Under the pieces are notes generated by a model. The model worked only from the letters and a program-made list of their open reading frames with translations. It searched no databases and was not told where the DNA came from. A program made the position numbers and the translations under genes. Source: Octopus sinensis (lineage: Eukaryota). Taken from it: 47,069 nt of DNA. The DNA lies in the NCBI RefSeq assembly GCF_006345805.1, contig NW_021833820.1, forward strand, positions 1 to 47,069. Direction: 5' to 3'. Shown here piece by piece: positions 24,964 to 37,401 of the stretch (its first letter is position 1; the number at the start of each line of letters is the position of its first letter).

Positions 24964-25180
24964 ATCATTCTTTAACGTCCGATTTCCATGATGGCATGGG
25001 TTTGCTGGTTTGACCAGAGCTAGCAAGCTGGGAAGCTACACTAAGTTCCAGTCTGATTTGCCTTGGTTTCTACAGCTGGATGCCATTCCTAATGCCAACC
25101 ACTTTATAGTGCATGCTGGGTGCTTTTTACAAATTACCTGCACAAGTGCTTTTAAATGGCACCAACACAAGTGCTTTTTA
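24964..25180 (-). mobile_element. Old, diverged copy of the same SINE-like family
   Basis: atcattctttaacgtccgatttccatg..tttctacagctggatgccattcctaatgccaaccact matches the reverse complement of the family core. Confidence 0.75.
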
Positions 25181-25546
25181 TATGGCACTGACTCATGCAG
25201 GCCACATTCCCTGGTAAAGGGGATGTGGCCTTAACACTTCTGCAGTAGAAAACAGGTCTTGATAAATAGAGTAATTATATGCTATACAATTTCTGAGTAA
25301 TTTTGGAGATCAAAATGTGCTCAAGGTGGTTGTTGGTGCAATGGATAATAATTTTGTGGATGTTTACCAAGTCAGTTGTCAGACATCAGAACTTCAATGT
25401 ATTTATGACCAGGGAAACAAGGCATTCAGAATATGGTAGATGCATGGTGGAGGGTATTCACTTGGTTGTATGTCTTTGAACAGTTTCCAGAGCCTGATTG
25501 TACCATTTTTATTTCTGGCTTTACAGTGTTAGCATGGCCACTCCGC

Positions 25547-25830
25547 TAGTAATATGCACCAAAGAAGAACAAAGAGCAGTCATCTGAGAGATGGTAATAG
25601 TGAACTTCGTGAGTGGTGGAGTTTGATTTGCATCCTGCTCCCACCTCGTGCTTCATGCTTGTACAACCACTTTTAAACCTCTTGATCCACTCATACACAG
25701 TTCTACGTGGTAGTCCATTGGCCCCGTATTGTGCTAAAAACCTCTGATGAATTTCAGCACCTGACACACCTTTCAACCAGAGAAATCAGCTCACTGTTCT
25801 TTGTTGTAATGCCAGAAAAGAAAATGGTGC
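25547..25830 (-). pseudogene. Tc1/mariner transposase N-terminal relic
   Basis: KGVSGAEIHQRFLAQYGANGLPRRTVYEWIKRFKSG resembles the mariner HTH region; a short piece reading CTKEEQRAVI lies on + at ~25555-25585; TIRs not identified. Confidence 0.7.
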
Positions 25831-26276
25831 GATCAGGCTCAAACTTCGATCACATGCCACATTAGTACCAACTATAAGCATGCATGCTCAGAAGGCATTG
25901 TGACAATATTAAAGATATGTTATGGCTAAAGTGGGGATAATTTTTGACTTCTCCTCGTACTTGATTGTGTCCCTTTGACTTGACATATAACTCTCTTCCA
26001 AGACGATTGTGAAGTGAGCATCACCAACATACAAGCTGTGTTCTTTGTTTCCTATCATTTTTGAAAAAATAGACTTTTCTCAAGTCTATGAATTGTCTGT
26101 GTTAACTACATCCCAAAGATGGAGCCTTGTATCCTTCTTGGAAACTGGCTCCCTCCTCAGTGGAAGATTTATAATAATTAAAAAATAGAAGAAACACATA
26201 CATACATACACACACATTACATTTATTTATAGAACTATAAAATCAGCAGATATTAGGAGTGAATATGCTTTTTTAA

Positions 26277-26607
26277 CCATGCCAGCTCTGTCTGGCCCCC
26301 GTGTTGGTGGCACGTAAAAGCACCATCCGTTCGTGTCTGTTGCCAGCCTCGCATGGCCCCGTGCCGGTGACATGTAAAAGCACCATCCATTCGTGGCCGT
26401 TTGCCAGCTCTGTCTGGCACCTGTGCGGGTGGCACGTAAAAAGCACCCACTACACTCATGGAGTGGTTGGCGTTAGGAAGGGCATCCAGCCGTAGAAACA
26501 CTGCCAGATCTGACTGGGCCTGATGAAGCCTTCCAGCTTCACAGACCCCAGTTGAACCGTCCAACCCATGCTAGCATGGAGAACGGACGCTAAATGATGA
26601 TGATGAT
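26277..26607 (+). mobile_element. SINE-like repeat, same family
   Basis: Subrepeats, core, ccatgctagcatgg hairpin and (tga)n tail. Confidence 0.88.
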
Positions 26608-26619
26608 ATAAATATATAT

Positions 26620-26650
<31 letters not shown>

Positions 26651-26708
26651 AATATATATATAAATATATATTATATAAATATAAATATATATATATATAA
26701 TATAATAT

Positions 26709-28684
26709 AAGGGCCTGGAACTTACCTGCATTAAACTGCATGTTGTTGTCCTCAGCCCACCTGTATATTGTGTCCAGCTCATGTTGCAGATGCGCAATAT
26801 TTTCAGGGTTTTGTATTGCGTGGGAGACTTTTGTGTCATCTGCATAGCTAGCAAGGGTGGTCATCGTAGCAACTGAAGGCATGTCTGAAAGGGCCACTAT
26901 GAACATCAGTGGCCCCAAGACAGTGCCCTGTGGGACACCGCTTGTTATTTTCGTTTCCTTTGAGGTGGCTCCATTGCTCACAACTGCCTGTTTTCTGTCT
27001 TTTAGGAAGTTGTGCAGCCACTCTCCAAGTTTCCCGCCGATGCCGAGACCACGCAGTTTGTGACAGATCATACCATGATCGACTTTATCAAAGGCTTTTG
27101 CAAAGTCGAGATACATCCACATTTGAGCCATTTAGTAGCTGTTTCAACACCCAGTCATAGTGTTGCAGGAGCTGTGTTAGGCAGCCTCTACCTGGTCGAA
27201 ATCCATGCTGGGTGTCAGACAGCAAGTCATTTTCTTCAAGGAACATGATTAGTTTCTTACGGACTATTCGTTCCATGACTTTGCTGATGTGTGAGGTCAG
27301 AGAGATAGGCCTATAATTTTTAGCATCTGCTCTGCTACCTCCCTTATGGATAGGGCATATTACCCCCTCTTTCAATTTGACTGGGAGCTTACCACTTGCA
27401 AGAAATTTCTGAAAAAGAAGCTGTAGCGGTTTTGCAAGGGCTCGTTTGCATGATTTGAGAAGGATCGCTGGGAATCCATCAGGTCCAGCAGCTGAGTTTG
27501 TGTCAATCTCATCAATGGCTAGTGTGATATCATCATCTTCGATGTTGATGTACTCAATTTTTGTCTCTTTGGCCGCAGGTAAAGTGGCAAAGAATTCTTC
27601 TGGGTTGTTTACTTGCCTGTGTCCTAGAGGTGTAGTGAACACACTTTGGAACTGTTCGTTCAGTATTTCACTTATCCTCGTGGGATTTCCTGTGAGAGAG
27701 CCATCATTTTGGAAGAGAGGTCCTATTCTCTGGTGCACTGTGGCTGTCTCTTTGGCAAACTTAAAGAAAGCTTTAGGGTTTGATTTTATATTTTCTATTA
27801 CCCAAGCTTCTTTATCTGCTCTCTCCTTTTCATGGGACTGATGTAGACTTTTCTCAGTTTCCATTAGCATTCTTTCGAGCCGAGACTTCTCACCACTTTT
27901 GGTGTGCTTGCTCAGGCGGTTTGCAATTCTTGTCCGTCGTCTCATAAGAATCCTCCTTTCTCTAGGGATCCTGTTTTTGTTCTTGTGTGTGCTGGCCCTG
28001 CACACTGGGACATATTTGTCACATATGGCTTGTATTATGGACATGAAGAGTTTGTGTTTCATGTTTATGTCCGGTGTGGAGAGACATTCAGGCCAATCCT
28101 GTTTGAGGATCTCTTTCTCAATCAACTTCCAGTTGGCTTTATGAAAGTTTAAGTTGGAGAGATGGTGGGTGCTTCGTATAGGCTGTGTGTCTACGGGGGC
28201 TTTTGTTCCATACATAGACAGCTCTATTATGTTGTTATCCGAGATCATTGTCGGCATCACATTAACATTATGGATAATATCCATATTGTTTGTGAAGCAG
28301 AGATCCAGTATGTTATCTGCCCTTGCTGGTTGCAGAACTATTTGCTCCATGAAAGATCATTTGTGAGATGGAGCAGGGATGCCACCTGTGCCTGTCGATG
28401 GTGTGTCATCCCTGGGAGCATCTGCCCCCCAGGCCATTCCACATTGGGGAGGTTAAAATCACCCATGAAGAATACACTGTTGTGCTGTTCAAGGTTGGTG
28501 AGGACTTCTCCAATTTTTGTTAGGCAGTCTTCAAACATGCCTGAGTGTTTTGGGGCATCTGGTGGGCGATATGTAGTGCATATGACGATATTCAGTTGTC
28601 TTATGTGTACAATTTGAGTTTCACATACTGAGTTTGAATATGACAGCAGGACCTGGGGCGTGAGGTCATCTCGGATGTACATTG

Positions 28685-28688
<4 letters not shown>
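26709..28688 (-). pseudogene. CR1/L2-group LINE (family C) truncated at both ends
   Basis: ORFs 28338-28682, 27088-28350 and 26640-27131 carry APE and RT motifs; sequence stops at FNAGKFQAL; TA on both sides. Confidence 0.93.
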
Positions 28689-28742
<54 letters not shown>

Positions 28743-28760
28743 CTATATATATATATATTT

Positions 28761-28830
<70 letters not shown>

Positions 28831-28953
28831 TATATATATATCTATATATATATAAATATATATATATACAGATATATATATATATATATTATATATATAT
28901 ATATATATATAAATATATATATATATAAATATATATATAATAATATATATATA

Positions 28954-29003
<50 letters not shown>

Positions 29004-29004
29004 A

Positions 29005-29049
<45 letters not shown>

Positions 29050-29630
29050 ATATACATATATATATTATATATATATATATATAATATATATATTATATAA
29101 ATATATATATATACATATATTATATATATATTATATAAATATTATATATGTATATATTATATAGTATATATATATATATATATATAAATATAGTATATAT
29201 ATATATATATAAATAATATATTATATATATATATTATATATAATATAATATAATATATATATACATTTATATATAACAATATAATTATATATATATATAT
29301 ATTATATAAAATATATATAGTATATATAAAATATATTTATATATATAATATATATATTATATAATATATTATTATATAATATATATAAAATATATATATA
29401 TAATATAATTATATATATGTTATTATTAAATATATATATCAGTAGTATATATAAATATATATATATGTATATATAAATATATATAGTATATATATATAAA
29501 TATATAAATATATAAGTATATATAAATATATATAAAAGTATATATAAAATATATATATATATATATAAATAGATATATAAATATATATATATATATATAT
29601 AATATATCATATATATATATAAATATAAAT
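28689..29630. repeat. (TA)n microsatellite
   Basis: ~0.9 kb TA tract. Confidence 0.97.
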
Positions 29631-29956
29631 AAATATAGTTATCCGTAATATGAAGGGTGAAATTAATTAATTTGGAAAAATTATCAATTACACCAAGTAG
29701 TCTTCGGCATGTAAAAGCCTCATTCGAGGAAAATTTAAGTAATACTAAGCAATAAGGGTTCAGCAACGAGTTGCCTTACCACATACCGAATTTAGAAATA
29801 GCAGTCAAAGGGTTATAGCTATTTCTTCTACTAAAAAGGGAGATCTCAGTAAGATCTCCCTTTTTAGTAGAAGAAATAGCTATAACCCTTTGACTGCTAT
29901 TTCTAAATTCGGTATGTGGTAAGGCAACTCGTTGCTGAACCCTTATTGCTTAGTAT
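29631..29956. repeat. Cassette with a perfect 105-bp inverted repeat and 5-nt loop, related to H5/H6
   Basis: Arms 29742-29846 / 29852-29956, loop cagta; shares cataccgaa..ttagaaatagcagtcaaa with 18.7 and 40.3 kb. Confidence 0.9.
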
Positions 29957-29962
29957 AAATAA

Positions 29963-29993
<31 letters not shown>

Positions 29994-30120
29994 TATATAT
30001 ATATATATAAATAAATATATATATATATTATATATATATATATATATAATAAATATATATATATATATAAATATATAATTTTATAAATATAATAATATAT
30101 ATAAATATATATATAAATAT

Positions 30121-30195
<75 letters not shown>

Positions 30196-30230
30196 AATAT
30201 ATATATATTATAAATATATATATATATATA

Positions 30231-30271
<41 letters not shown>

Positions 30272-30360
30272 GTATATATAAATATATAAATATATATATA
30301 TATATATATAATATATATATAATACATATAATTATATATATGTAATGAAATATATATATG

Positions 30361-30408
<48 letters not shown>

Positions 30409-30800
30409 TATATATATATATAAATATATATAATATGTATATATAAATAATATATATATATAAATAAATATATATATCTATATATATAAATAATATATAT
30501 ATATATAATATAAATAAATATATATATATATATATATAAATAATATAATATATATATTATATATAAATAAATATATATATATATATATATAAATAAATAT
30601 ATATATATATATATATATAATATAAATAAATATATTATATATATATGTATATATAATATATAAATATATATAAATATATATATTATATATATATATATAT
30701 TATATATAAATATATAAATATATATAAATATATATTTAATATATATATGTATCTATAAATATATATATATAAATATATATATGTATATATAAATATATAC
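29957..30800. repeat. (TA)n microsatellite
   Basis: Interrupted TA tract. Confidence 0.97.
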
Positions 30801-31026
30801 ATTGATACTTTGATACTTTGATAGGTTTCGGCCATTATTGGCCAGGCCATGTCTAACTTAATAGCACCACCTGGTGAAGTCTTTCAAGTCAGAATTTGGG
30901 CACTATGGCCCACTCAAGTAGAGAGTTATTGTTTACAGAGACATTCCGGGTGTAGGGGGTTTATCCGGGATTTCTTGAAGGAATCTGTCCAAAGACTTCT
31001 TGAAGCCTATAGGGTCAGTTTCTGTT

Positions 31027-33920
31027 TTAATGTGTTTGTGTAATGTTAAAGAGAGCGGGGCCAATTGAGGTGAAATAATTGTGCCGTATTGTTGTTATGA
31101 GATGAGAGTGCGATTTTTGTTTTGGGCGGATGGCACGGGGCCCAAGCCTTGGATGTACCTTAAAGGTGATGCCAACATCATTTGGGCAATGCTGATGGAA
31201 TATTTTCCACATCATGCAGATGATGTAGCGCTCACGACGACGTTGGAGAGAATAGAGTTTTAGCTTTTCTAGTCGACCCCAATAGTCGAGGCCTATCATG
31301 CCATCTATCTTTTTTGTGATTGCCCTTTGAGGTGCTTCAACTTTTATGATACCTTGTATTGTGTGGGGAGACCACAGTGGACAACAGTATTCAAGGTGGG
31401 GTCGGGCAAAAGTGGAGAAGAGAAGGATAATGGTGTGGATATCTCTCGACTTGAAAGTTCTGAGAATCCAGGAACACATTCTGCGGGCCATGTCAACTTT
31501 GGTGTTTATATGAGTGGCCCAGCTTACGTTGTTGTCCACAATTACTCCCAAGTCTCTGATGTTGTTGGACGCCGCGAGAGTTTCACCTGAAGGAAGGGAG
31601 TATGGGAGTTTCAGGGCATCCTCTTTTCAAAAGTGGATTAGCTCAAATTTATCCTCGTTCAGCAGCATATTGTTTTTTTCTGTCCATTGGATAACAGCCA
31701 GTAGATCTGACTGAAGGCATGTCCGGTCACTCGCCTCATTTATGACCTTCTGTAGCTTGGAGTCATCTGCAAAGATTTTTATGTTGCTGTGCTTGATGAT
31801 GTCATTAATGTCATTAATGTAAATGATGAAAAGAAGTGGGCCCAGCACAGTGCCTTGCGGAACGCCACTACTGACTTTGGCTGGGCTTGATTTTACCCCT
31901 TCAACTACAACATGTTGAGATCTGTCTGTCAGGAAACACTTGATCCATTTCAGTAACTTTCCAGAGACACCAATGTTGGATAGGTTTTTCAATAGGATCT
32001 TGTGATCGACCCTGTCGAAGGCCTTACTGAAATCAAGGTAGATGACATCGGTGTTGGAGCCCTCTCCCAAAGCTCTCAAAATGTCCTCAAAGTGATGCAG
32101 GAGCTGCGTTAGGCAGTCCCTTCCATTACGGAACCCATGTTGGTTGGAGATCAGCCGTCTGTTGCTTTCCAGAAATTGGGTTATTCGAGATCTCACCACC
32201 CTCTCAAATACCTTGATGATATGAGAGGTGAGTGAGATCGGACGGTAATTCACTGCAAGGGACTTGTTTCCCTTTTGAAAACTGGGACACACAGACTGGG
32301 ACAGAAGGTTTTTTGGAATATAGCCAGCATCCAGTGAGTTTCTCCACAGATTAGCAAGGGGAGATGCAAGTTGGTGTCGACACACCTTCAGGACACAAGC
32401 AGGGAACCTATCGGGGCCTACTGCTGAATTGTGTTTTATTTCGTTTATCGCCGCTAAGACATCAGGGGCACTAAACGTTATGTCCGATATAGTGTGTTGG
32501 GGGTTGACATCACTGATACAGCCCAGATCGGCCATATCAGGATTGCTGAAAACAGAGCAGTATTGTTTCTTGCAGTATCTCGGCCATGGATTTGGCATTA
32601 TCTTGGAGAGTGCCAGTTTCGTCAATTAGAGGGCCTACAGTGGAGACAGTGACCCTGCGTTTCCTCGCAAATGAAAAGAACACTTTGGGGTTGAGTTTGA
32701 TTTTTTCAATGGCCCACTTCTCCTCAGATGATCTTTGGTTATTGATGAGGGTTTTCATGCATTGTTGGAGGTTATATTTTTTTGATTCAAGCAGTGCGAT
32801 AGCCGTTGAATGTGTGTTGCTGTTGGCAGTACTTTAGTTTGTTAATTTTTTTGTTTGTTCTTTTTATTTTTCTGATAATGGTTTTTCTGTTTTGGGGGAT
32901 TCTGCACTTTTTGTTCACAGGTCTTGGTGGGGAGTGTTTTGCACATATGTCTGTGACGGTGTCTACAAAGATCTGCCAAGATGTTTTATGGTTGGTGGAG
33001 ATGTGTGTATGTGTAAAGGACCAGTCAACATGTGATAGCTCGTTCCTGATTGCATCCCAGTTGGCATTATGGAGATCCATGTTGTCAAATGGGTGGGCTG
33101 GAGGAAGGTCACTAGGATTAGCTTTCGGCTGGTGGAATTTCATGTTACAGAGAACCATGTCATGGTCTGAAAGAAGGGTTTTTTCCACTGTAACGTTATG
33201 TATAGTGTTGGTGTGGTTACTAAACACTAGGTCCAAAATGTTCTGATGTCTTGTTGGTGCAAGGACAAGTTGGGACAAGAAAAACTCATTCGTAAAGTCG
33301 AAAAGTGACTCTGCTGCTTCTTTGTCAGCGGTTGAGGCGGGAGTGCTTGGTTTCAAACAGTTTGTAGTCCAGTCAACACAGGGTAGATTGAAGTCTCCCA
33401 TCATGAGTATGTTGCTAGAATGGCACTGTTGAATAAAGCACTTAATGCTGTTGAGGCATTCTTTAAAGCACAGTATGGGTGTTTGGGGCAGCCTATAGAG
33501 CCCAATTACTGTCAGGTCATTGGCTTTGTTGTGCACGGTGACTGATTCACAGTAGCCGTTGGAGAATATACTATTTCCATCTGCCGTAAATGAATCATGC
33601 AGGAAAATGGCAGTTCCACCCTTCCTCCTGCCGATACGATCCGCGCGGATGGTTGTGAAATTCTTCACTCTCACTTCGGCTTCCAAGTGGGAGTTGTCAA
33701 GGTGGGTCTCAGTGAGAATGAAGAAAGGGATGTGGTGTGAATGGTTACCAACCCAGTCTTCAATGAATTGGACCTTCCATTTTTGTGCATTGATGGAAGG
33801 GCTGACACCTTGTGCATTGAGTAGGAATGTGGAGGTTAGTGTAGTGGCTGGTTTTGACTGTTGCAGGGGGCTTGGATTTTTTGTGTGTGTTAGTGGCAGC
33901 AATGTGGGGAATTGGTGCAC
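31027..33920 (-). pseudogene. Family D ORF2 (APE plus RT), frameshifted
   Basis: LLNAQG, LTETHL, MGDFNLP, LDLVFSN, LSDHDMV; YRPISLTS, YLDFSKAFD, GVPQG, FADD; HLEYCCPLWSP. Confidence 0.94.
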
Positions 33921-35116
33921 TGGGGTAATAGCATAGGATGGTGTTGAGTGATGGCTAGAATGTTTTTGTGTATCTCTTTTGCCATGTTCAACATGGCTAA
34001 AAAAGAATTTTCCTGCTTAGGGAGCAGTTTTTGGCTGGAGGTGTGGCTGCACTGTTGGATAGGGTTGTAGTTTCCACTTTTGTTGTTGTTGTTTTTGTGT
34101 CTTCCTGAAAAGACTGGACCAGCATTACTGCAGCATGGTGTGTTTCTATTTTTATTTTTATTCAGGTTTGTGTGTTGGCTTGAAGCCCCGTTTCTGTTTG
34201 TGCGTCGGGTCCCTGGAAAATGAGTGAAGGGACAGTCACTCAGTAGACATGTTCTCTCACGTTGGGAATACCGGCAGATTTTGGGACTCCGAGTTGTGTG
34301 TGTTTTGAATTTCGATTTACTATTTGGTGGTGTTGATGTTATTGTGGGATGCGTGCTTTGGCCTTGGCCGGTAGTGCGTCTAGTGCCGGGTAGATGCGTG
34401 AAGATGCACTCACTATTTGTGCAGAGTCTCTGGCGCAGTGAATAGCGGCATATTTGGGGATTTCTTGTTTGTGCCGTGGGGGGCGCATTCTGCTTCCTAT
34501 GTTTCTTTAAGTTTTAGTTACTGCAGTAGTATTGAGGTGGTGATGTGGGGGAAGAGGGCAGTGGTTTCTTATCTGGTTTTCTGTTGGTATTTTTGGTGAT
34601 AGAAGACGATGGTGGCAGCGGTGGTGATGATGATGATGATAATTGTGGTGGTTGCTGTGAGAGTGGTGAAAAGATACTGGCATTTAGTGAATCATCTAGT
34701 AAGCTAGAGTTGAGGAGTGGCTGTTGTTGTTCTTGTTGCTGTGGCTGTTGTTGTTGTGCTTGACCGATGTTAGGGTCAGCCATTGTGCTGGGAACCAGGA
34801 GTGGCTCATTCTGTTGTTGTTGTTGTTGTTGTGGCTGCTGATTTTCTAGCTGTTGCTGTTCTTGAACTGTGAAAATATGAAGAAGCTTTTCATAATGGCC
34901 TTTTGTCAGTTTGAAAGATACTTCGATATGTTTCAGCTTGCTTCGAATCTGTTTGACGGATCGTGTGTTGACCACTTGTGATGTTTTTTCGGCAATCTCA
35001 TTTAAACACAAAACATTTAGATTTTCTGTTTGGGAAAGAGAGAACCATGTGTTTATTAAAACATCAATTTCGTTATCAGACCAATTTCGTCTGTTGCAGG
35101 CCTGCAAGTTAGTCAT
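33890..35116 (-). pseudogene. Family D ORF1: Myb/SANT-like domain, polyQ/S linker, two CCCH fingers; one in-frame stop at 34514-34516
   Basis: Reading through the TAA in the same frame gives CRYSLRQRLCTNSECIFTH (34394-34450), CRYSQRERTCLLSDCPFTH (34220-34276) and QENSFLAM, ending at TAA 33890-33892. Confidence 0.8.
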
Positions 35117-35439
35117 GTTTGTTTTTCTTTTGTTTGTTTTCCTTTTGATTTTTGAAAATATATATATATTCTTTCTTGGGAGTTAAAGAAGTGTATATAT
35201 ATATAAATGTTCTCTCTTAAGGGTGTGAGTTTTTGATTATTTGGTTGTTTGAGGATATTAAAAGAAAAACAGGTGTATATAACAATTTGTAGTTAAATGA
35301 AAACGTACTTACGGGTTTGTAGGCAAACACGTGGTTACAAATATATATATATTTAAGGTCAGTTAGTTTTGAAGCTGTGTAGCTTGCTACTGACTTGGGA
35401 GAGAAACAAATAGACGTCCGTCCACTTCAACAGTTAATA

Positions 35440-35440
35440 A

Positions 35441-35472
<32 letters not shown>

Positions 35473-35479
35473 GATATAT

Positions 35480-35526
<47 letters not shown>

Positions 35527-35528
35527 TC

Positions 35529-35560
<32 letters not shown>

Positions 35561-35637
35561 AATATATATATATATAATAAGTATATATATATATATATTA
35601 TATATATATAATATAAATATATATATATATAAATAAG

Positions 35638-35668
<31 letters not shown>

Positions 35669-35750
35669 ATATATTATATATATAATATAATATATATATA
35701 TATATATAATATATATATATATAAATATATATATATAAATAATATATATA

Positions 35751-35781
<31 letters not shown>

Positions 35782-35867
35782 ATATTAAATATATATAATA
35801 ATATATATATATATATAATATATTATATATATATATATAAATATATATATAAATATATATATAAATC

Positions 35868-35915
<48 letters not shown>

Positions 35916-35969
35916 ATAAATATATATATATAATAATATATATATATATATAAATATATATAAATATAT

Positions 35970-36003
<34 letters not shown>

Positions 36004-36331
36004 TATATATAAATATATATAATATTAAATATATATATATAATAAATATATATATATTATATATATATAATATATATAAATATATATATAATAATATATA
36101 TATATATATATAAATATATATATATATAATATATAAATAATATATATATAAATCTATATATATATAATATATATAAAATATATATATATATATAAATATA
36201 TAATATAAATATATAAATATATATATATATAAATATATATATATATAAATTATATATATAATAATATATATAAATATATATATATAAATATATATAAATA
36301 TATATATAAATATATATATATATATAATATA

Positions 36332-36374
<43 letters not shown>

Positions 36375-36536
36375 TAATATATATATATATATATAAATAT
36401 ATATATAGATATATATATATATATATAAATATATAAATATATAATATATAAATATATAAATATATATAAATATATATATATATAAATATATAAATATATA
36501 TATATATATAAATATATAAATATATAATATATATAT

Positions 36537-36576
<40 letters not shown>

Positions 36577-36688
36577 TTTATATACATATATATATATATA
36601 TAAATATTTATATACATATATATATATATAAATATTTATATACATATATATATATATATAAATATATATATATATAATATATATATAT

Positions 36689-36723
<35 letters not shown>

Positions 36724-36843
36724 AATATATATAAATATATATATATTATATATATATATATAATATATATATATATATAAATATATATATATATAAATAA
36801 TATATATAAATTATATATATATAAATATATATTATATAAATAA

Positions 36844-36924
<81 letters not shown>

Positions 36925-36955
36925 GTGTGTGTGTGTTTGTGTGTGTGTGAGTGTA
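35440..36955. repeat. (TA)n microsatellite (~1.5 kb) ending in a (GT)n tract
   Basis: TA to ~36910, then gtgtgt to ~36955. Confidence 0.97.
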
Positions 36956-37401
36956 TGTCTAGAGATGTGTGTATCAATAAAGATATAGAGAAAATCCCGT
37001 TTTTAATCGTTGAATTCACCTTACAGAAGCTGATGATCGTTTCTGTTGTGCCAACATGTTTAGCTACAAAATATATCATTCAAATCTATTTGTCCGAACA
37101 TACATGTTAATACAATGTTTTCAATTCGAGCCAAAGCTAGTTAAATTCAAAGTGAACTAAGAAAATATCTCCAGTACAAGAACACGTACAAAAAGAACGT
37201 TAAGAAGAATCATAATCTATGAAATTTTTGTGTTCAACTATTTGTGACATAATTGGATAACAGAAGAGTAAAAAAATAAACATATGAACTCTACGTTATG
37301 ACAGTTAGAAACAAATATTTTATGTTATATCTATTTATTAAATATAGTAAACATTTATCAAAACATTATGCTTATGATATATGAAAAGCAATTATAATTA
37401 A

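Larger units (their letters stand above)
30801..35435 (-). mobile_element. Apparently full-length, disrupted CR1/L2-group LINE (family D) with (TATCAAAG)n tail
   Basis: ~320-nt 5' leader, ORF1, ORF2 fragments; 3' end ggccgaaacc-tatcaaagtatcaaagtatcaa; TA on both sides. Confidence 0.9.

Noticed and set aside
29690-29735. Minus-strand ctcgaatga-ggc..gcc-gaag as another HHR
   Set aside because: Core has insertions, GAAA is broken and there is no stem I; at most a relic
34514-35116. PolyQ protein as a host transcription factor
   Set aside because: It is in frame with downstream CCCH fingers and directly upstream of LINE ORF2, so it is ORF1
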